From: Candidatus Eiseniibacteriota bacterium
GTDB lineage: Bacteria; Eisenbacteria; RBG-16-71-46
Length of the DNA: 64,000 nt
Direction: 5' to 3'
Assembly: GCA_041483195.1 (NCBI GenBank)
Contig: JBGPFC010000018.1
Span: 1-64,000 of the forward strand
The notes below the pieces were generated by a model. The model ran no database searches and was not told the DNA's origin. It saw nothing but the letters and a program-made list of their open reading frames with translations. Below, one piece after another: positions 32,956-45,471 of this stretch. The translations under genes and the position numbers were made by a program. The stretch's first letter is position 1. Every line of letters starts with the position of its first letter.

Positions 32956-34937
32956 GGCCCGCTCGGCGGCCCGCCCGGTGGAGGCCTCGGCAAGCTCTGC
33001 AGCCGGTCGAGTATGACGCGCGCGACGCGATTGGTGGGCTCGAGCGCCACCAGCGTCTCGAGCGCCGCCATCGCCCGCGGAAAATCGCCGCGGCTCGCCC
33101 AGCTCGCGGCAAGCAGCATCCGCGCCTCGGGGTTGGCGTGCCACAGCGTCATCGCGCGGCTCGCCTCGCGCTCCCCGGCCACCGGGTCGCCCAGCCGGTA
33201 GAGGCACACCGCGCGAATGCCGGCGATCTTCCCGAGGAAGGCGCGCGCGTCGCGATCGGTCTGGAGCGAGTCCGCGCGCTCGATCGCGGCGCGCGCCGCG
33301 AGCACGTCGTGGTCGCGGTTGATGGCGTCCTGCGCGCGCAGCAGCTCCCGCATCGCGTCGATGTCGATGAGGGCGATCTGTGGGCTCGAGAACTCCTCGT
33401 ACTGCACGATGGTCGTGAGTGGAAGCTCCCGCGCGCGCGCGAAATCCTCGTAGCGCACCCAGCGCATCGTGGTGTCCCGGTACCACACGTGGAGCGCGCG
33501 CGAGCCTTCGAACGCGTACTCGGCCGCCATCGGCATGTTCTGCTGGCCGATCATCGCCCCGCGCGGCAGGTTCGGGTACTCGCGGAGCAGCGTCTGGCGC
33601 GTCTCGCGCATCAGGCGCTGGAGGCGCGTCACCTTGGGGAAATCGGCGAACGCTCCGCGCTCGGGCGGGGTCGAGGTGATGCCGGGGGGCGCCGGCGGGC
33701 TCGCCACGAGCGCCGCGAGCCGCACGCCGAGCAGCAGCGGCGCGAGCGCGGGCAGCGCGGCGTCGAGCGCCGCCGCGAGCGCCACGCCCAGGCCCACGCT
33801 CCCGAACAGCGTGCGCGCCGGCGCCCAGATCGGAAAGATCGGAACCAGCACGCCGCACGAGAGGGCGAACCACGCGAGCCCCCACCACGTCCATCCCGCG
33901 CGGTGCGCGAAGCAGGCGCGAGCGCGCGGCGATCGCGCGAGCCTCGCGCCCGCGACCAGGACGATCGCCGCCGCGCCGCCCAGGATCCACAGGTCCCAAC
34001 GCCCCGCCATGAGCTCGAGGCTGAACACGGCGAGCACGCTGTTCCATGTCGCCCACTTCAGCCGCGCGACCAGCGATGTGTGGAGCATCGCGGGATCGGT
34101 CTCGAGATGGTGCGGCAGCGCGAGCCCCGCGTGGCGGCGGACGAGGAGGTACGCGATGCCCCACACGGCGACCACGATCGCGCTCCCCAGGATCCAGCGC
34201 GCGCGGGGCCGACGCGCCTCGCCCGTCGCCTGCGGCACCCACGGCAGCATGAGCGCGGTGACCATCGCCACCTCCTTGAACAGCAACGCCGCGAGCAGCG
34301 AGCCGAGCGCGGTGCCCATGCGGCGGCGCGAGGCCTCGTGCAGCGCGAGCGCCGAGAACAGGAACGGCCCGATCTCGACCATCTCCGCCGGCCACGTGAT
34401 GAGCGTGCGCGCGGACTCCGCGATCAGGGGGAAGCTGGCCGCGATCGCCGCGAGGTGTCCCGGCCAGCTGGGCCGCAGCATGCGGTAGATCAGCAGCGAT
34501 CCGGCGCCGAGCAGCGCGGTGTGGAGCGCCGCGATCGCACCCGGGTGCGCGAGCACGAGGCGTCCCACCAGGCTGAAGTAGCCCTGGTGCGCGAACGGGC
34601 GCCAGAACGCGAGCGAGCCGCCGCCGTCGAACACTCCGTGCCTGCCCTCGAGCAGCGCGTGATGGAGGAAATCGAAATCGTCGGCCACCGCTTCGCCGAG
34701 CGGCGCGCCGAGGCTGCGCAACACCAGCGGGACGAGCGCCGCCAGCGTGAGCCACGCCCACGGATCGCGCCAGGTCGGCGGCGGCGGGGATGGCGGCGCG
34801 GGCGGCGCGAACGGTGCGCGCGAGGGCGCGCGGGACGGCGCGGAGGCGCCCCGCCCCGACTTGTCGCGCGAACCGGACGGTCCCCGCGCGGGCTGGCCGC
34901 GCGGCGTGCGTGGGGCGGCGTTGCGTCGCTGCTTCAG
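32952..34937 (-). CDS. Putative GT-C/TPR membrane protein (paralog 3), probable CTG start
   Basis: WRDPWAW, GEAVADDFD, FWRPF, LLFKE; C-terminal TPR. Confidence 0.7.
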   Translation of the reverse strand: MKQRRNAAPRTPRGQPARGPSGSRDKSGRGASAPSRAPSRAPFAPPAPPSPPPPTWRDPWAWLTLAALVPLVLRSLGAPLGEAVADDFDFLHHALLEGRHGVFDGGGSLAFWRPFAHQGYFSLVGRLVLAHPGAIAALHTALLGAGSLLIYRMLRPSWPGHLAAIAASFPLIAESARTLITWPAEMVEIGPFLFSALALHEASRRRMGTALGSLLAALLFKEVAMVTALMLPWVPQATGEARRPRARWILGSAIVVAVWGIAYLLVRRHAGLALPHHLETDPAMLHTSLVARLKWATWNSVLAVFSLELMAGRWDLWILGGAAAIVLVAGARLARSPRARACFAHRAGWTWWGLAWFALSCGVLVPIFPIWAPARTLFGSVGLGVALAAALDAALPALAPLLLGVRLAALVASPPAPPGITSTPPERGAFADFPKVTRLQRLMRETRQTLLREYPNLPRGAMIGQQNMPMAAEYAFEGSRALHVWYRDTTMRWVRYEDFARARELPLTTIVQYEEFSSPQIALIDIDAMRELLRAQDAINRDHDVLAARAAIERADSLQTDRDARAFLGKIAGIRAVCLYRLGDPVAGEREASRAMTLWHANPEARMLLAASWASRGDFPRAMAALETLVALEPTNRVARVILDRLQSLPRPPPGGPPSGP

Positions 34938-34967
34938 CGGAGCACCTCGCGGGTTGCGGTCGCGGCG

Positions 34968-36296
34968 CTAGTTCCCGTACAGCGTGTGGCCCGGCGGCGG
35001 CGTCATTCCGTGAAGGCGTGGCTCGTAGTGTTCGCCCGCCCTGACCACGCGCGTGATCGGCGAGGACCAGCTGTTCTCGAACGAGCGGCGGGCCTCGAGC
35101 GCGATCGCCCGATTCTCCATGGTGAGCGCGACGTTGCGCACCGAGTGGAAGTAGCTCGGCTCCCAGTTGTCGGTGCCGACCCACGTCCAGAGCGAGTCCA
35201 CCACCATGTACTTGCAGTGCTCGACTCGCGCGAACGGAATGTAGCCCTGGGTCCACTCGGGGATGCTCGACATGCGGGTCTCGACGTTGGGCAACGTGGA
35301 GAGCGCCTGCACGTCGCCGATCCGGGCGTTGTCGGCCTCCCAGTCGGAGACCAGCAGCTTCACGCTCACCCCGCGCCCCGCCGCGCGGCGCAGCGCGAGG
35401 TCGATCGTGTCGTCGCGGCGTTCGCGCTGCCCGATCGCGTACGAGTAGATCTGGATTGCGATCTCGCGGCGCGCCGAGTCGAGCAGGCGAACGATCGCGT
35501 CGCGATCCCAGCGCGTGGTGTCGGGAATGAACGGCCGCGGCGTGACGCTCGGCCAGAGCCGCACCGTGTCGCCCTTCGACTGGATCAGCGTGAGCGGCCA
35601 GGCGGCGCCGGCCTGTCGCGGCCACGACGCGAGCAGCCCCGCGCCGGTCGAGTCGCGGCCCGCGATCTGCTCTCCCGCCACCTGCCAGTCCAGCTCGAAG
35701 ACGTCTGCGTAGAACGCGGCCAGCCGCGGGTCGCGCACGCGCACCCCCAGCTCGTGAATGTGCTTGAACGAGCGCCAGTCGAAGTTCTGGCTGCCGAGGT
35801 AGACCTGCTCGCCGTCGGCCATGAAGAACTTCGCGTGCTGGATGCCGCCCGCGATCTTTCTCACGTCGATCGTGCGCACGCTGACCCCGGGTACCGTGCC
35901 CAGCGAATCCCCCGGTTGCGGGTAGGTCTTGTGCATGCTCGCATCGAGCAGCAGCCGCACCTTGACGCCGCGCTTCGCCGCAGCGCCGATCGCGGCCAGC
36001 AGATCGTCGGTGGGCTCCCCGGGCCAGGCGGAGCAGTACATTTCCTCGAAGTCGAGCGTGTGCTGCGCGCCGCGAATCATCTCGAGCCACACCTCGTGCG
36101 CGACCGGAATCGCGGGGTTGCCGAGCGTGGTCTCGACCGGCCGCGTCTCGGCCAGCGTGACCGGCCGCGCGGCGGGCGCGGGCGCGGCCGGCGGCGCGGC
36201 GGCGGCCGCGCGAGCGGCCGGAACCAGCGTGAGCGCCATCGCGAGTGCGGCGCAGAGCGCGGCGCGCGGGCGGGACGGGTGCGGGAGCGTGTTCAT
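34968..36296 (-). CDS. Phospholipase D superfamily protein (PLD3-like), secreted
   Basis: Two HKD motifs (HAKFFMAD, HCKYMVVD), GSQNFDWRS. Confidence 0.9.
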   Translation of the reverse strand: MNTLPHPSRPRAALCAALAMALTLVPAARAAAAAPPAAPAPAARPVTLAETRPVETTLGNPAIPVAHEVWLEMIRGAQHTLDFEEMYCSAWPGEPTDDLLAAIGAAAKRGVKVRLLLDASMHKTYPQPGDSLGTVPGVSVRTIDVRKIAGGIQHAKFFMADGEQVYLGSQNFDWRSFKHIHELGVRVRDPRLAAFYADVFELDWQVAGEQIAGRDSTGAGLLASWPRQAGAAWPLTLIQSKGDTVRLWPSVTPRPFIPDTTRWDRDAIVRLLDSARREIAIQIYSYAIGQRERRDDTIDLALRRAAGRGVSVKLLVSDWEADNARIGDVQALSTLPNVETRMSSIPEWTQGYIPFARVEHCKYMVVDSLWTWVGTDNWEPSYFHSVRNVALTMENRAIALEARRSFENSWSSPITRVVRAGEHYEPRLHGMTPPPGHTLYGN

Positions 36297-36306
36297 GGAC
36301 CGGCTC

Positions 36307-37296
36307 CTATCGTGGGTGGGCGCGAAGCGCGGGCTTCTCGCCCAGAAACATCACTTCCTCTTCGAGCGTGACGCCGAACTTCACGCGCACCCGCTCCTTC
36401 ATGATCGCCGCCAGCTCGAGCACCTCGCGCGCGGTCGCGTGGCCGGCGTTCACGATGATGTTGGCGTGCTTCGCGAACACCATCGCGTCGCCGACGCGCA
36501 GCCCCCGGCAATCGCATTCGTCGAGCAGCTGGCCGGCCGCGACCCGCCGGGTACCGGGCGAGAGCCTGGCGCCCGGCATCTGCCAGTCGGGCGGCAGATT
36601 CTTGAAGTACGAGCCGGCGGTCGGCTCGATCCGCCACTGCGGATGCTTGACGCGCCGCACCTCGAGCTTCTCGTCGATCACCTTCTGGATCGCGGCGTGC
36701 TCGCCCCTGCGGAGCTGGAGCAGGCATGAGAGTAGCACGCGCGGTTCGCGCTTGAGGCGCGAGTCCCGGTAGGTGAACTCGTACCACGCGGCGGGTCGGG
36801 TCTCGACCGTCGCGCCGTCGAGCGTCGCGTGCGTGCACTCGATGGTGTACGAGCCGATGTCCTCGCCGTAGCAGCCGGCGTTGCCGTAGAGCGCGCCGCC
36901 CACCGAGCCCGGGATGCCGGCCGCGAACTCGAGCCCCGACAGGTCCCGGTCGCGACACTGGTAGATGAGCTCGAGAAAGTCGACGCCGCCCTCGACGTGC
37001 GCCGCGGTGCGGTCGAACTGGATCGTCTCGCAGGCGTTGCGCACCACGAGGCCGCGAAAGCCGGCGTCCGAGACCAGCAGATTGCTGCCGCCCCCCAGCA
37101 GGAACACGGGCAGCGCGATCTCGTGCGCGACGCGCAGCGCGGCGACCAGCTGGTCCGGCGTCGGAGCCGCGTAGAAGAAATCAGCCGGCCCGCCGATGCG
37201 AAAGGTGGTGTGATGGCGCAGCGGCTCCTGGGTGAGGAGCCCCTCGCCCAGCGACTGGCGCAGGCGATCTTCGATCGAGCGGACGGGTGCGGGCAT
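36307..37296 (-). CDS. murB: UDP-N-acetylenolpyruvoylglucosamine reductase
   Basis: TTFRIGGPA, LGGGSNLL, GIPGSVGGA, AGSYFKN, KHANIIVN. Confidence 0.95.
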   Translation of the reverse strand: MPAPVRSIEDRLRQSLGEGLLTQEPLRHHTTFRIGGPADFFYAAPTPDQLVAALRVAHEIALPVFLLGGGSNLLVSDAGFRGLVVRNACETIQFDRTAAHVEGGVDFLELIYQCRDRDLSGLEFAAGIPGSVGGALYGNAGCYGEDIGSYTIECTHATLDGATVETRPAAWYEFTYRDSRLKREPRVLLSCLLQLRRGEHAAIQKVIDEKLEVRRVKHPQWRIEPTAGSYFKNLPPDWQMPGARLSPGTRRVAAGQLLDECDCRGLRVGDAMVFAKHANIIVNAGHATAREVLELAAIMKERVRVKFGVTLEEEVMFLGEKPALRAHPR

Positions 37297-37450
37297 GGGA
37301 ATGGAGCACGTTCGCCGATCCGCGGGGCGACGGTCAAGCCGGGGAAAACGCTCGGCCGCGGGACGAGGGCGGGTGGCACCCTCGTCGCGGCGCGCGCTAT
37401 AGTCTGCGTGGTTCATGGTCCCTCCCGCCGTCCCAGTGGAGACCCTCGTG

Positions 37451-37672
37451 ATGAGCAAGCTGGAGATCACGTACTGCGTGCAGTGAAACTATCTTCCGCG
37501 GGCCACCAGTTTGGCGGCCGAGTTGAAGCAAGAGCGCGGCATCGACGCGAAGCTCATCAAGGGATCGGGTGGCCAGTTCGAGATCGTCCTCGACGGCCAG
37601 CTGATCTTCTCGAAGAAGGCGCTCGGGCGCTTCCCGGAGCCGAACGAGATCCTCGACAAGATTCCCGCGTGA
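37451..37672 (+). CDS. Rdx-family (SelW/SelT-like) selenoprotein, CxxU
   Basis: MSKLEITYCVQ[TGA=U]NYLPRATSLAAELK...GSGGQFEI...FSKKALGRFPE; in-frame TGA at 37484-37486. Confidence 0.9.
37487..37520 (+). promoter_or_regulatory. Candidate bacterial SECIS hairpin
   Basis: GCC-A-CCA-GTT-TGG-C-GGC stem-loop just downstream of the UGA, with a GU-starting apical loop. Confidence 0.55.
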
Positions 37673-37743
37673 CACGTCGCGGCTGAGCCCGCTCCCCCGC
37701 CGATCGCCCGCCGCCCGTGCCGGGTTTTCACGGAGGGCGGAGC

Positions 37744-38382
37744 ATGATCTTCGAGAGCCGGGATCAGGCGGCGCATCTCATCGCCGCCCGGCTGCGCGCT
37801 CATGCCACGCAGCATCCGCTGGTGCTCGGAATCCCGCGCGGCGCGGTGCCGATGGCGCGCATCATCGCGTGCGAGCTGGGCGGCGAATTCGACGTCGTGC
37901 TGGTTCACAAGCTGCGCGCGCCCCATCGGCCCGAGCTGGCGATCGGCGCCGTGGATGAAAGCGGGAACGCCGAGCTCGAGCCGCACGCACGCGCGCTGGG
38001 CGCTGACGATCGCTACCTCGAGACCGAGCGCGCGCTCCAGCTCGACACCCTGCGGGCGCGGCGCGCGGCCTACACGCCGGGGCGGGCCGCGATCGATCCG
38101 CGCGGACGAACCGTGATCGTGGTGGACGACGGCGTCGCGACCGGGGCCACCATGGCCGCCGCGTTGCGCGCGGTGCGCGCGCTCGGGCCCGCGAGGCTGA
38201 TCGCGGCGGCCGCCGTGGCGTCCCCGGAGGCGGTCGAGCGGCTCGCGCGAGTCGCCGACGAGGTCTGCTGCCTCGAGACGCCGGAGGATTTCGAAGCCGT
38301 GAGCACGTGGTTCGAGGACTTCCCGCAGATCTCGGACGCCGAGGTGGTCGAGCTGCTGGGCGGAGGCCGGCCGGGCGCGTGA
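37744..38382 (+). CDS. Phosphoribosyltransferase family protein
   Basis: LGIPRGAVP, VIVVDDGVATGATM PRPP motif. Confidence 0.9.
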   Translation: MIFESRDQAAHLIAARLRAHATQHPLVLGIPRGAVPMARIIACELGGEFDVVLVHKLRAPHRPELAIGAVDESGNAELEPHARALGADDRYLETERALQLDTLRARRAAYTPGRAAIDPRGRTVIVVDDGVATGATMAAALRAVRALGPARLIAAAAVASPEAVERLARVADEVCCLETPEDFEAVSTWFEDFPQISDAEVVELLGGGRPGA

Positions 38383-38390
38383 GCGCGGTG

Positions 38391-39278
38391 CTACGCGGCG
38401 CCGCCCGCGCGCGCGCGGCCCGCCGCGATCTCGAGTCCCCGGTAGAACCTCGCGCACTCCGCCTCGCGGCCGCGCACGATGCGCTTCCCGCGCAGCGGGC
38501 CGAGCCGCGCCGTGATCACCGTGCACTGGCGCTCCCCGCCCGCGCCGTCGGAGTAGAGCACCACCCAGTCGCGGGTCGCGTTCATCTCGTGGGCGCGCGC
38601 GGTGTTCGAGAACAGCGCGGTGTAGTGCCGCTCGCGACGCGTGGTGTGGAGCACCGGCAGCCATGCCTCGTGGGCGGGGTTGAAGCGCCGCGGGGCGATG
38701 CGCCGGAGCGTGCCCTCCGCCCCGCGCTCGCGGTACTCGCGGTCCACGTCGAGCAGCTCGGCCACGCCCGGCTCGCCTACGGGCCCGGCCGGCACCGGCC
38801 CTCGCACCCGTGCGAGGCGGGTCGCGAGCGAGTCGATGATCCCGGCGAGCCGCTTGGGGCCGAGCCCGAGACGCTTCGCGAGGCGGCCGTCGTTCGCAGC
38901 GGCCTCCAGCTCTTCGAGGGTGTCGATGTGCAGCTCGCGGTGCAGGCGCTCCGCGCTCTTGCGCCCGATGCCGGGCACGGTGGCGAGCAGCAGCTCGGGC
39001 TCGCTCTCGCCCCGCAGGCGATCCAGCATGGGCAGGCGCCCGGTCTCGATCACGGTGCGGATGAAGCGGGCGATGCTCTCGCCGACTCCGGGCAGCTCGC
39101 GCAGGCCCTGCTCGCCCTGCGCTTCGAGGATCGCACTCGCCGGGCGGTCGAGCGCGCGCAGGGTCGCGGCAGCGTGACGGTAGGCCTGGACGCGATAGGG
39201 GTTGGCGCCCTGTTCGTGGAGCAGGGCGGCGGCCTCCTCGAGGCGGCGGGCGATTCGTACGTTCACGATCTCGGACAT
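38391..39278 (-). CDS. Helix-hairpin-helix DNA-binding protein (PolX N-terminal-like)
   Basis: NPYRVQAYRHAA, LPGVGESIA, VPGIGRKSA, IDTLEELE; no PolX palm or PHP domain. Confidence 0.8.
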   Translation of the reverse strand: MSEIVNVRIARRLEEAAALLHEQGANPYRVQAYRHAAATLRALDRPASAILEAQGEQGLRELPGVGESIARFIRTVIETGRLPMLDRLRGESEPELLLATVPGIGRKSAERLHRELHIDTLEELEAAANDGRLAKRLGLGPKRLAGIIDSLATRLARVRGPVPAGPVGEPGVAELLDVDREYRERGAEGTLRRIAPRRFNPAHEAWLPVLHTTRRERHYTALFSNTARAHEMNATRDWVVLYSDGAGGERQCTVITARLGPLRGKRIVRGREAECARFYRGLEIAAGRARAGGAA

Positions 39279-39335
39279 GACGGGTATTGAGATGAGGGTG
39301 GCCCGCCCCGAGTTTCGCGCGCGTTCGTCGCGCCG

Positions 39336-39701
39336 CTACCCTCCCCCGGCGCCCTTCTCGAGCGAAACTCGAAATCGCCGCGCCTCGAGCTTCTCGAACA
39401 CGATCGTGTCGCCTACCTCGAGCCCGCGCTCGCGGCACCACCTCATCATGCCCGGCAGCTTCGGCGAGCGCGCGCGGAAGATCCACGAGCCGTACTGGAT
39501 GTCGGTCTCGAACGCGAAGCCGAGGTCGGTCTCGATGGCGAGGGGCTTCACCTCGTAGGGTCGCGGGGCATCCCCCGGTCCGCGCGGCCCGATCGCGTCG
39601 GTGGGGAAGAACTCGAGGATGTCCCACAGCGGCACGTTGCGCTCTGTGAACGTCCAGAGATCTTCCTTCGTGCGGATCGGGATGCGGCGGGTGTCGGGCA
39701 T
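39336..39701 (-). CDS. Hypothetical protein, possible B3/pseudobarrel-like DNA-binding fold
   Basis: 121 aa; FFPTDAIG...WCRERGLEVGDTIVFEK. Confidence 0.6.
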   Translation of the reverse strand: MPDTRRIPIRTKEDLWTFTERNVPLWDILEFFPTDAIGPRGPGDAPRPYEVKPLAIETDLGFAFETDIQYGSWIFRARSPKLPGMMRWCRERGLEVGDTIVFEKLEARRFRVSLEKGAGGG

Positions 39702-39742
39702 CGACGGCGTTCGTGGGTTGCGGACGGCGGCGGATCGCGCCG

Positions 39743-40357
39743 CTATGCCCCGCCGGCGGGCGGCGGGACCCTGGGCCGCGCGTGGTGCAGCACGTCGCGC
39801 ACGATCGAGTAGCCGTCGCCGCCGAGGCGGCCCACCGGCCGGAGCTTCGCGATGTCGACCGCGCCCTCGGTGAGCACCTCGTCGGCGGCGTGCGCGCGCA
39901 CGATCTCGCCGACGACGAAGAAGGTGTCGCCCAGCTCGATCACGCGTTCGAGCCGGCATTCCATGCTCACCGGCGACTCGCCGACCCGCGGCGATCGAAC
40001 CAGGTCGGAGGCGACCGGCGTGAGCCCGGTGAGCGCGAACTCGTCGACCTCCTCCGGCCAGTCGCCGGAGGTGCGCACCATGCGCTCGAGCAGCGGCTCG
40101 CTCACGACGTTCACAACGAAGTCGCCGACCTCCTGGATGTTGCGGAGCGTGTCCTTGGGCTCGCCGCGCCGGCGGTTGATCGAGACGCCGAGCAGCGGCG
40201 GCCGGCTGGTGATGGCGTTGAAGAACGAGAAGGGAGCGACGTTGAAGACGCCCGTCCGGCTCACGGTCGAGATGAACGCGATCGGCCGCGGCACGACCGT
40301 GCCGATCATGAAGCGATACATGGCGCCCGGCGGGAGCGCCTGGGGATCGAGGATCAT
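39743..40357 (-). CDS. Flavin reductase family protein
   Basis: VVPRPIAFIST, NVAPFSFF, KDTLRNI, PVGRLGG. Confidence 0.9.
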   Translation of the reverse strand: MILDPQALPPGAMYRFMIGTVVPRPIAFISTVSRTGVFNVAPFSFFNAITSRPPLLGVSINRRRGEPKDTLRNIQEVGDFVVNVVSEPLLERMVRTSGDWPEEVDEFALTGLTPVASDLVRSPRVGESPVSMECRLERVIELGDTFFVVGEIVRAHAADEVLTEGAVDIAKLRPVGRLGGDGYSIVRDVLHHARPRVPPPAGGA

Positions 40358-40359
40358 GG

Positions 40360-43011
<2,652 letters not shown>

Positions 43012-43138
43012 GAGATCACGCGATGCGCGGGGCGAATCGGATGCAAGGATGCGGTGGGCACGCGGAATCCTCCAGGACTGGCGTTCGCGACGGCGGGCGG
43101 CTCGGGGGAACTCCGCACGCTATCACATGTGCGAGCCC

Positions 43139-43603
43139 TCATTCGATCCAGCGCTTGCCACAATCCTCGCAGATCCAGCGGCCATGCAGCAGCGGCAGCG
43201 GAATGAGCTTCTCGATCAGCGCGATCACGAACCCCTCGGGCTCCGAGCCGCGAAAGTAGACCAGCTGTCCCCCGCACTCGGGACATGCGGGTGGTGCGCC
43301 CTCCGCCTGCGGGTCGGGGGCCGGCGGCTCCGAGTCGGGCGCGAGCGCGGGGAACGCCGAAGGCAGCTCGCGCAGCAGCGCCAGCGCCGCGGGCAGGTCG
43401 TGCTCCCAGACCTGCACCTTGACGCCGCCCATCGCGCCCGTGATGAACCACATCATCCCCACCAGGTGCTGGTCGGCGACCACCGGCTCGATCCCGGCCT
43501 GCTGCAGCATGGTGCTCAGCAGGTGCGCGTTGTGGGCGGCCAGCGAGTGCGCGATCGTGACGAGCCGCTCGCCCGGGCGCGGCTCCGAGTGCTTGTCGCT
43601 CAT
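43139..43603 (-). CDS. DUF2007-like protein with C-terminal zinc ribbon
   Basis: AHLLSTMLQQAGIE...GGVKVQV; CPEC...CEDC; ATGA overlap. Confidence 0.8.
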   Translation of the reverse strand: MSDKHSEPRPGERLVTIAHSLAAHNAHLLSTMLQQAGIEPVVADQHLVGMMWFITGAMGGVKVQVWEHDLPAALALLRELPSAFPALAPDSEPPAPDPQAEGAPPACPECGGQLVYFRGSEPEGFVIALIEKLIPLPLLHGRWICEDCGKRWIE

Positions 43604-45471
43604 GGCGCGCCCGGCTCGCGCACCGCGGCGAGCCTTCCGCGCTCGAGCGTCAGCACCGGGCAGTAGAGCCCGAGCGGCTCGCGCCGCCACCACGCGCCGC
43701 TCGCGCGCCGCGCCCTCGCGTCGGTGAAGTGGTAGTCGTACACGACGGCCCGCACGAAGCGCGGCGGCGATTGCGGGAACGGATTGCGCTCGAGCAGCGC
43801 GAGCACCGGCGGCGAGCCCTGGAGCAGCCGCTCGCAGAAGCGCAGGAACCACGTCTCGCGCCGGAAGTCGCCGATCGCCGCGAACCACATCTGCCAGTCG
43901 AGGCGCGGCATGTGCGGCGCGACGAAGCGCGGCCGCCGCGCGAGGTCGCCGATCTTGAACGCGAACCGGTAGGGCGTCCACGTCACGCCGTCGGCGCTGC
44001 CTTCGACCTCGATCTCCGGGCGGCGCGTGGTCATCACCGCGAACAGCCCGTAGGAGTCCGCGATGCGCAGCGGCGCGACCAGCTCGTGCAGCGTCCGCAC
44101 CGGGCCGAGCCACGCGGCGGGCAACTGAAGCACCCGAAACAGCGGAACGAGCGTGAGCGCGAACATCGCGACCGCCGCGCCGCGCACCAGCCAGCGCGGC
44201 ACGCGGCGCGCGCCGGCGTCGCGCGGATCGCGAGCCGCCGCCGCGCCGCCCCAGTGGGACGGCCACATCACGTCGTCCACCAGCAGCACGCACAGGGCGA
44301 TCGAGATCAGATTGAAGAAGCCGTAGTTCCCGGTGACGAGGATCAACACCTGCAGCATCACCATCGCGGCGGCGGCCATGAAGCGCAGTCGCCGCGGCGC
44401 GAAGATGAAGAACGGTGCCAGCCCCTCGACCGCGAACATCACAGCCGCCGACATGCGCTGAAACGCGGCGGGGAGATGATGCGCGTACCACGCCGTCCAT
44501 GGCGGGAGCGGCTGCGTCTCGTAGTGAAAGGTGAGCGCGGTGAGATGCCGCCAGGCTGGATCTCCGCTTCCGAGCTTCACAGCGGCCGATGAGAACATGA
44601 GCCGGAACACCAGCCAGCGCAGCAGCCACAGCGCGGCGCGCGATGGGGCGGGCGCGCGGTGCGGATGCGACGTCCACCGCCAGGGCGCGATGAAGATCGC
44701 GAGAAAACCCGCCTCGAGCAGCAGGCTGTCCCACTGGAACCACATGAAGTCCTGCCCGACGCTCGCGATCGAGAGGTAGAGCAGCCACGCCCCCGCCGCG
44801 CAGGCCGCCGGCGCGATCCCGGCGATCAGCAGCGCGGCGAGCGCGGTGCCTGCCGCGCACAACGCGATCAGCGCGCCGTCGCTCGCGCCGAGCCAGCTCA
44901 CGGTGGGCACCAGCCACATGCCGGCCGCGCCGTAGTGGGTGCGCACCGCTTCGAGGAGTTCCCGCGCGGGGAGGATGCCGCGCGCGCCGACCAGCCCCAC
45001 GATCTGCGTCCACATCGAGACGAAAGCGCAGGCGTACACCACGCCGAGCAGCCGCATGAAGATCCAGGCGGTGAGCGCCTCCCCGGGCGGCACGACGTGA
45101 TTGCCCCACAGCGCGAGCGTGACCCACGAGAGCGTGCCGCGATTGCGCGCGACCCGCGAATAGCACCAGCGGCTCGCCGCGCCGAAGCCCGGCATGCGTT
45201 GGTAGAGCGCGAGCGGCCAGCCGCGGCCCGGCACGCACGCGAGCGCGCGGAACATCGCCTCCGCCCCTTCCGACCAGCGTCCGTCGGTCTCGATCAGCTG
45301 CGCGGCCGCGCGGAACTTCTCGAGCGGGACCTCGGGGAATCGCGCAGCCACCTCCTGATACGGCGCGTACTCCACGCGGTCGCCGGTCGCCCGCCGCAGG
45401 CGCGCCATCCACGCGCGGCAGAAGCCGCATTCGCCATCCCATATGAAGAGGGGCTTCGCGGGAGTCTCCAT
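43600..45471 (-). CDS. Lipase maturation factor family protein with N-terminal DCC1-like thiol-disulfide domain
   Basis: WDGECGFC; FQWDSLLLEAGF, HYETQPLP, YGLFAVMT, PRLDWQMWFAA. Confidence 0.9.
   Translation of the reverse strand: METPAKPLFIWDGECGFCRAWMARLRRATGDRVEYAPYQEVAARFPEVPLEKFRAAAQLIETDGRWSEGAEAMFRALACVPGRGWPLALYQRMPGFGAASRWCYSRVARNRGTLSWVTLALWGNHVVPPGEALTAWIFMRLLGVVYACAFVSMWTQIVGLVGARGILPARELLEAVRTHYGAAGMWLVPTVSWLGASDGALIALCAAGTALAALLIAGIAPAACAAGAWLLYLSIASVGQDFMWFQWDSLLLEAGFLAIFIAPWRWTSHPHRAPAPSRAALWLLRWLVFRLMFSSAAVKLGSGDPAWRHLTALTFHYETQPLPPWTAWYAHHLPAAFQRMSAAVMFAVEGLAPFFIFAPRRLRFMAAAAMVMLQVLILVTGNYGFFNLISIALCVLLVDDVMWPSHWGGAAAARDPRDAGARRVPRWLVRGAAVAMFALTLVPLFRVLQLPAAWLGPVRTLHELVAPLRIADSYGLFAVMTTRRPEIEVEGSADGVTWTPYRFAFKIGDLARRPRFVAPHMPRLDWQMWFAAIGDFRRETWFLRFCERLLQGSPPVLALLERNPFPQSPPRFVRAVVYDYHFTDARARRASGAWWRREPLGLYCPVLTLERGRLAAVREPGAP

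Noticed and set aside
34938..34970. PLD TAG stop is in frame with GT-C paralog 3 (possible readthrough fusion)
   Set aside because: One-in-three chance; a separate SD plus CTG start explains it, and the other paralogs are unfused
30853..36090. 1745-aa ORF and similar apparent giant fusions (25362-28442, 29945-32596, 44659-48960)
   Set aside because: Only the distal parts look like real proteins, with internal SD or overlap starts; the N-terminal extensions are shadow frames
37397..37675. 92-aa minus-strand ORF
   Set aside because: Antisense shadow of the selenoprotein gene
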